From contig OZ316776.1 in the NCBI GenBank assembly GCA_973851085.1, positions 4,278,001-4,342,000 on the forward strand: a stretch of 64,000 nt of DNA, read 5' to 3'. A model generated the notes under the pieces. That model was given only the letters and a program-made list of their open reading frames with translations. It ran no database searches and was not told the origin of the DNA. Below, piece by piece: positions 57,101 to 64,000 of the stretch. The stretch's first letter is position 1. Every line of letters starts with the position of its first letter. Made by a program: the position numbers and the translations under genes. Source of the stretch: Ptychomitrium polyphyllum. Taxonomy: Eukaryota.

Positions 57101-57505
57101 TGGGTGTGGGTGATAGGTGGTAGTGACTCTGCTTTGGTGTCGTCGAGAGCATTTTGTATTTACGAAGTCAAATTTCCAAGATTTAAAAAGTTGACTGCCT
57201 ATGTGGTTGTGAATGTATGTCTAGTTCTTTGGTTTGGAGTCCAGTTCTTGCCTATGGGCACGCTGATCTACTTGCAGTAGAAACACCATTGCTGGTTAAG
57301 TGAGGGCTAAGAGGTTGTTTCGCGCATTGAAATTTTACGATCGCTCAGATCTTGCACCTTGTGAAGTTGCTAAAATCATCACACTGTTAAGTGGAAGGAG
57401 AGAGTTCTTGTGGGGCATATGATGATATTTCCCGTGATGTTGTAGATGCATTCTGAGAAAGTCGATTTTGAGTAAAAATTGACCCTGCGTGCGACGGTAG
57501 CGACA

Positions 57506-60500
57506 ATGTCTTCGGAGGGGTGCACAGCAGCATCGTGCATCTGTCTGTCATGCGAGGGGCCGAATCGGATGATTGCTCGATACATATACGGCATCCTTTT
57601 TCTCCTCACCAACATACTGGCGTGGACTACGCGTGACTACAGCCAAAGAGCTCTTGATGGCCTTAAACGTAAGTTTATGAGATCACATGTTCATGGATTT
57701 GGAATAACCTATATATTTTGAGTTATGACTAACTTTTCACTTTTAAAATTTGTAATAACTTTATGGTTGGGAACAAATTGTGAAAATAGTTGCATTTCTC
57801 ATGATCTCCTTTTCTTTATTGGTGAAAAGTATATCCAGTTATACTACTACTGCACATGGGCTAGAATCTTAAGTTATTGGTTATGGCTGTTTCATTTGGT
57901 GCATTAACTAGAAAGCTTTATGTGGAATCTAATAAGTTCTGGATGAATGAAATTTGACATTGTGTGATTGGGCTCGAAGAGGTTTTGAGACTTTGAACAA
58001 TATGAGTGCTATCTGGAAGCCTAGATCTAGACGAGTTTCTCACATTTTATATTGTCTTTCTGAGATTGGATGTGATAAAACATAGACGCGGGCTATAAAC
58101 TTACTTTGACTTTGCAAGCATCGGCAGTGATAGTGGATCCGCTTACCATGTCTGTGCTGTAGGCCTGAGAGTTCATCAGTTCCTTTCGCTGTACGTGATG
58201 TTCGACAGCTTTTCTGGTTTTATGCAGATCTAAACAGATGCAATGGCGACGCAAATTGTTTGGGCTCAGAAGGAGTACTTCGTCTTAGTTTTGGATGCTT
58301 CGTATCCTCCTGATGCAGACTAATCTTGATTGTTGTAAGTGTTGTCCTAGCGTTATTCAAAGCACTATTTTATGGTTTTACAGTTCTGATTATTGACAAC
58401 CATGTGGTACATGCGTTTTAGTTTGGATTGTGGATAATGGGACCCTTGACTTGATGAGCAGTTCTTTTTCTTCTTGATGTATCTCACAACTGTAGGAACA
58501 TCTAGAAAAGATGATCCAAGAGATAAATGGCACTCTGGTTGGTGGCCTGTTAAGTCCGTTTTGTGGATTGTTTTTACAATCGTGCCTTTCTTCCTGCCCT
58601 CGGTGGTCATCCAGTTGTATGGTGAGATTCTCTACCGATTTTATAAAATTGGTTAATTTGGTATGGGATGATAATTTTTTTTCATTTACTGCTTAATTGA
58701 CGACGGGTCATGAACATAGAAATAAGACGGGGCAAAGTAGAGGTTTACTATCCATGCAAGAATAAGTCGTTCGGTAATGTACAACATCCTGTCATTTTCG
58801 TAGTGAAATTTCATTAGGCTTCGAAGGTGCTGATTTGTACTGTTATGACACCCTCTTTGAAGTGATTTGTCGAGATCACTGGGAAGTAGTAAATTAATGT
58901 CAAGTTGTGTTTTTGGTTTTTGATTAAAAATATGCAGGGGAAATCGCAAGATTTGGTGCTGGGTAAGCCCTTCTCAGTTGTACTTTTTTGAAATGCTTGA
59001 GAATATACTTCTTAACGATGACGAATACTGGTTAGGATATTCACACTCCTCTGTGTTCTTTCATTGTATATAGTTAGTGTTAAGAAATATCTAGTGGACC
59101 TCGTCATCAAACGGAGTTATTAGGATGTTTTAATCATCAATATAGGTGTTTATCAGTTTAAGTATCAGTTTTCATCATTCAGTGGCAGCTTGTTTGGATT
59201 ACTCATCTTTGCTTTTGTTTGCATGGTGCAGGATCTTTTTGCTTGTACAGTTGTTAAGTATTGTCAACTTTGTCTACATCTGGAATGAGAGTTGGATCTC
59301 TCCGAATAATGAGCGACAATGGTATATTATGTGTAAACTTGGCTTCCAGTCTGTTTTGGTGATTTTTGATCGACATGTGTTGGTGATTAGTAGGCAGTTT
59401 GACTTTTATTAAGGTTGCTCTGATCCAAAGTCATGACATTAGTTTTATCGTGTTTAGGGTGTTCATGTTATGATTGTTTAGTCATATTGACAAAAGTTCG
59501 CTAATAGTAACCTTCCTCATAATTACTGTTCTTCTACTGCATCATGCTTCTTGATTCTCCTTCCTTTTTTTCGTCATAATATTTTCTTTCTTGATATAGT
59601 TAATAACAAGTGTCCTCGTATTGAGGGCCTTTGTTTTTCTTACTTGATTTTCTTTTGTGAATTTACTTCATTTTTCTGACTCTGCAAAATGCTTTGTATG
59701 CAGCCGATATCCACTGGTGCTGGTCTCAGTGGGCTGTTATATCTTGACCTTCATTGGGCTAATACTGATGTATGTGTGGTTTACTCCCAACGTCACATGC
59801 CGGCTGAATATTTTCTTCATTACCTGGACTATGATTCTGGTTATTTTGATGACTGTTATATCTATGCTATCCAAGGTAAGAATTCCTCGCTGTCCCGCCT
59901 TACGTTGCAGTTGTTAAATCAGCTCATGATAAGTCCTTTTTAAGTTTTATAGAAGAAATAAGTACCTTTCTTCACCTGATGCAATGAGTGAGTACGGCGC
60001 TCTTGAGCATATTCCCAGTTTATTGTCAAGTTCGTATATACCTTTCCTTTCTGGTCATTCATCGTTCGAACTTTCTTTAGCGTAAAACTCTTCATGACAT
60101 TCTCTGGGTCTTTCAGTGATTTGCGCGTTTAATCAGTGCTTTGGGATCCCGTGTTAGTGCAATTTTAAAACATAGTTAGGTTTCCAATTATTAGCAGCAA
60201 TTTATTTGATGATGATGCCATGCATCTCTTGAGGAGCTATAGATCACAATCTCATTGTTTCTTTGCTTGCAGGTTAATGCTGGTCTCCTGACTTCCGGTG
60301 TCATGTCTCTCTACCTTGTGTTCCTCTGCTGGTCTGCTATTATGAGGTGAACGACTGACTTATGTGCCCCCTCTTTTGATTGACATTAGTTGGAGTACGT
60401 GAAAGGCCCTGTGTGTGCAATCAGAGTGGGTTGATCAAGAGCTTGACATCATCTGATTCAGCCCTACGAAGAAACTTAGAGGGGGACATACTATATGCAT

Positions 60501-62130
60501 GTTTCTGGCGTTCTTTGTTTTCGAATAGTCGCGTTTATGTTGTAGAAAGCTATGTTGCTGGCGAATATCCTCAGCTCGAACCGTCTTCTTGTGAACGGGA
60601 ACAGTTTTTATTTTACAATAGAGGGTTCACGAGCTCTTTTTATTGATGCGTGATTGTTGACGTGCAGTGAGCCATTATCAATGACCTGTAATACACGAGA
60701 ACGCCAAACTGGAAGGGCTGATTGGCTTACTGTCATTGTAAGTTTCAGTTGTTTAATGGATTAACCTGTTAGAATGTGTGCTTTGAAGCTCTGGAGATTT
60801 CATAGGTTTGAAAGTTGTCTAACTTAATCTCAAGCTCCCTCGTTGTATATCCTATCTCAAGCATATGCTAATTCGAACTTTTTGCTTTATTCAAGTTAGA
60901 ATAAACCATTGGCATGTTTTTTAAGGTGTGTCAGATTTTAAGAAGATTAATTGCTAAGATGTTGTACCTGCGATTTTGTGGCAGAGTTTTTTGATTGCAT
61001 TCTTAGCTATAGCGTTTGCGACATACACCACCGGCATTGATTCTGCATCATTCTCGGTACTTCTGGAACTCCTCTCTGGTTGCGTGTGCTCGTTCTTGAT
61101 GGATCATCTTGGACGTATGCTTATTCGAAGGAACTATTTAAATCTTTTTTTGTTTGATAGTAATATGTGCACATATCAAGCAAAAACGACCTTTGTAGCT
61201 TACATTGTTGAAAGTCTTGACCTATACAGGCACATCTGCATTGAATCTGTATTGATTTGTCGCTTCTATATATCCTTTGTCCTTCATGATTTCTTAAAAT
61301 TGAGTACGCGGTTGAAGCATTGGCTTTATGATAACTTTCGGACGGCATGAAATTTTATCATCGCTCTGCCACAATCTGGAACTGAAGCTTCTCTGTGCAT
61401 TCCCAGTTCAAGAAGAGCGATGAAATAGAAGAGAATGAGAAGCTGCCTTACAGCTACGGGTTCTTCCATTTCGTTTTCGCTATGGGCGCAATGTATTTTG
61501 CCATGCTCTTTATAGGCTGGAATCTGCACCAAACTATGCACAGGTACGGATACCTTAGTGCTTTATTATGTTCGGGCTTATTTTTTGCGTAAAGTTGGGT
61601 GCCGGGTAAGTCGCATATGCCGGCATATCTAGCAAAGCTTGTGCTGTTTCTTCATCTTTCGAGGCCTTTTGTATACAATCAAACGTCAATTCTATTAAGT
61701 AGCAAATGATTTAGTGTATTGTTCAATATATCGATTTGATGTGCAGATGGAGCATTGATGTTGGTTGGACTAGTACATGGGTGAAGATTGTCAACCAGTG
61801 GCTCGCTGCTGCTTTGTATAGTAAGTTTAACATCCTTCTGTACATCCTGTTTCTCACCTCCAAGTTTGACTTCTGATTATTCGGTTAGTTACAGATGATT
61901 GGGCAACGTAAATTTCAGGTCTGAGATTTTAGGCATCCATTTGTTGTAATGTAAGGAATTTATTCCAATCTGGTTGTTGATGTTTTACACGTTCCTCTAC
62001 GTTTACTATTGCATTATCCTGAGCATGCTGAAGCAATTTACTGCTGATGACTAACCATTTCCATGTTATTTGTGCAGTTTGGACAATGATAGGGCCCTTT
62101 TTGCTCAAGAACAGGGACTTCAGTGCATGA
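57506..62130 (+). CDS. Serinc / TDE-TMS family multi-pass membrane protein (~387 aa); exons 57506-57668, 58228-58301, 58462-58621, 58938-58962, 59232-59321, 59704-59875, 60273-60346, 60668-60737, 60985-61056, 61407-61543, 61747-61820, 62078-62130
   Basis: ARYIYGILFL, CLGSEGVLRLSFGCF, WHSGWWPVK, YGEIARFGAGIFLLVQL, VNAGLLTSG, LPYSYGFFHFVFAMGAMYFAML, IDVGWTSTWVKIVNQW, RDFSA*. Exons sum to 1164 nt in frame. Confidence 0.94.
58302..58461 (+). other. U12-type (minor spliceosome) GT-AG intron
   Basis: 5'ss GTATCCTC, branch site CCCTTGAC at 58443-58450, 11 nt before the AG, with no polypyrimidine tract. Splicing gives GCF|FFFFLMY in frame. Confidence 0.8.
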
Positions 62131-64000
62131 GCCGTCTGCTATGCTTTTGTGTTAGAAGCGGAGCCTGAGCTGGAGAGAGTTTATTGTACGTACTAGTTTT
62201 CAAAAAACTTCTGAGTCTCGAGCCTCCAATTACAGGGGATGTACCCAATTGAGACTGACCTTTCAGTCCACAGGTTCTTCTCTGGCTAGAGATACCCCCA
62301 TTTGTAGCCCCTGAGGGCCTCACTAGTCAGAGAGTGAGTGCTAGATCTCGGTAATTCTGTTCATGTTAATTGGCCTTTTTCTGGAGTAAATACAAGGGCT
62401 GAGAAGTATCCATGAATAATTTTCCATTACTATCTGTAATTATCTCCAAAGTTCTTGAAACGAATGATAACTTCATCCGGTTGTTGATATGTATTATCTC
62501 TGTATACTTGAAGTGTGATTTTTTTTCAGTCATGGAATTTTTTTGATCTAAACTGCACTTTGTCATCTTACATGTTTGGATTGGTGTGTTTATTTTCTTG
62601 CAATGGAAAAAAACCTGTCTGCTTTATAAAAAAAAAATAAGATCCAAGAAAATGTTTGTGCTTACATTCTTCAGCCAAATTACCTTGCACCATGATGAAA
62701 GTACTAGAACATTAAGGTCTAGAATGTCAATCTATTTTGCTTGATTCACAACGATTTACCACTCCTTAAATGGATGAAAATGGGGAGTTGTCCCTTATTC
62801 CACTTCTTTTTAAAGTATTAGATTTTGTGCAAACTAGAATATTTAGCTTGATACTCCAATGTAAAAGTGGTGCATGGTCATGTTGTTAAAGTCAAAGTAG
62901 AGTGGACATGCAACTTGAAGCTAACACTCCACTTTTTATTATAGACTATTGTTTGTAAGAATATTACCTTATTTGCCAGACATAGAAAAAAAAGTTCCAA
63001 TTTAATAAATACAAACAGTATAATATGTATGAATGGTTATTGTGCTATAAAATATTAACATTTGATTTTTATTATTTTCTATGAACACAATTCTTTAGAA
63101 GCCCAAGTTTTGTCAATGTATTAAAATCATTTTAGCACCTAGTTTCCTGCATATTAATTTATATATTATAATTAGAAGTTGCCTATTAAGGTAATAAAAT
63201 ATTATATTTACATTAATGCAAAATTTTTAGATAATTTTTATGTATAGCAAAAAATAAATTAAATAAATTACTGTAAATATGATGCTAGTCCTCGAATTAA
63301 ACTAGAAATTCACATAGAAACTATTTTTAATGCCCTAAATATACCTTTTTTAAATTTAATATCTTCATTCATTATAAAAAGTAGGTTTTAAAGGAAAAAA
63401 GAAATTTTTATTATAATTTAGTTTAGAAGAAATCTTCAAGGATTTACATAAAATATACCATAAAATGTTTCTTTTATTCTCATTCACCTTAACCCTTTTG
63501 AATACCATGCAATTCTACCAATTAAAAATCATTTTACTCGTCAGCTAAAATAATGGTTAATTTACTATCTTTTAATCTTCATTCCATTTATTATCTTGAT
63601 AAAAAAAAACCTTAAGGATAAGAATGTAACAAATATAGAGCTTGTTCATATATATACAGAGATGGTTACAAGAGGCATTTCCAACACCAACACTCTATGA
63701 AAAGTGACACTTTTTTTTCCCTTTTTAAATACCAAAGGCTAAAATATACACTCACAATAAATGTGAACTGTGGATACAATGACATTTTCTCTTCGGTTAT
63801 CCCTCACATTAAAGAGAAGCATGGAACTAATTCACAAAAGCACTACTAGGGGCATGCCAGTGTACCAAAACCATCACTACGCAATGGCGCAAAATGTAAC
63901 ACTTTTGTAGATTTCAGGTTTCAGATGCAATGTTTTCATCGGTAATAGAACAGAAGTGCAGTGACGCTTTTTGGTTATCTCTCGCTGGAGCGGCAGACGA

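Overview
Eukaryotic, intron-containing land-plant DNA, most consistent with a moss (Funariaceae-like: GC-balanced genes separated by very AT-rich spacers). This taxon call is an inference from composition and protein style. Seven protein-coding genes were reconstructed by hand from ORFs and splice signals: (1) a plastid-type FAD amine-oxidase-family oxidoreductase (+, no coding introns); (2) mitochondrial-type PNPase (-, 1 coding intron); (3) SCAMP (+, 13 exons); (4) a large, strongly AT-rich U2AF65-like RRM protein (-, 13 exons, one partly inside a 100-N gap); (5) mitochondrial EF-Ts (-, 8 exons); (6) SQD1 (-, no coding introns); (7) a Serinc/TDE membrane protein (+, 12 coding exons). The first ~13 kb has no intact gene, only decayed coding-like sequence and hairpin structures. 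The most notable observations are a U12-type intron in Serinc, a 15-aa tandem repeat inside an insert that splits the UHM of the U2AF65-like protein, the AT-drift of that gene, candidate multiple 3'UTR introns in PNPase, two hairpin+GTGCTAGT (Helitron-like) ends, a P1BS site upstream of SQD1, and an orphan ORF head-to-head with EF-Ts. No tRNA, rRNA, CRISPR array or intact transposon was recognised. I cannot show a wholly new biological system from this sequence alone.
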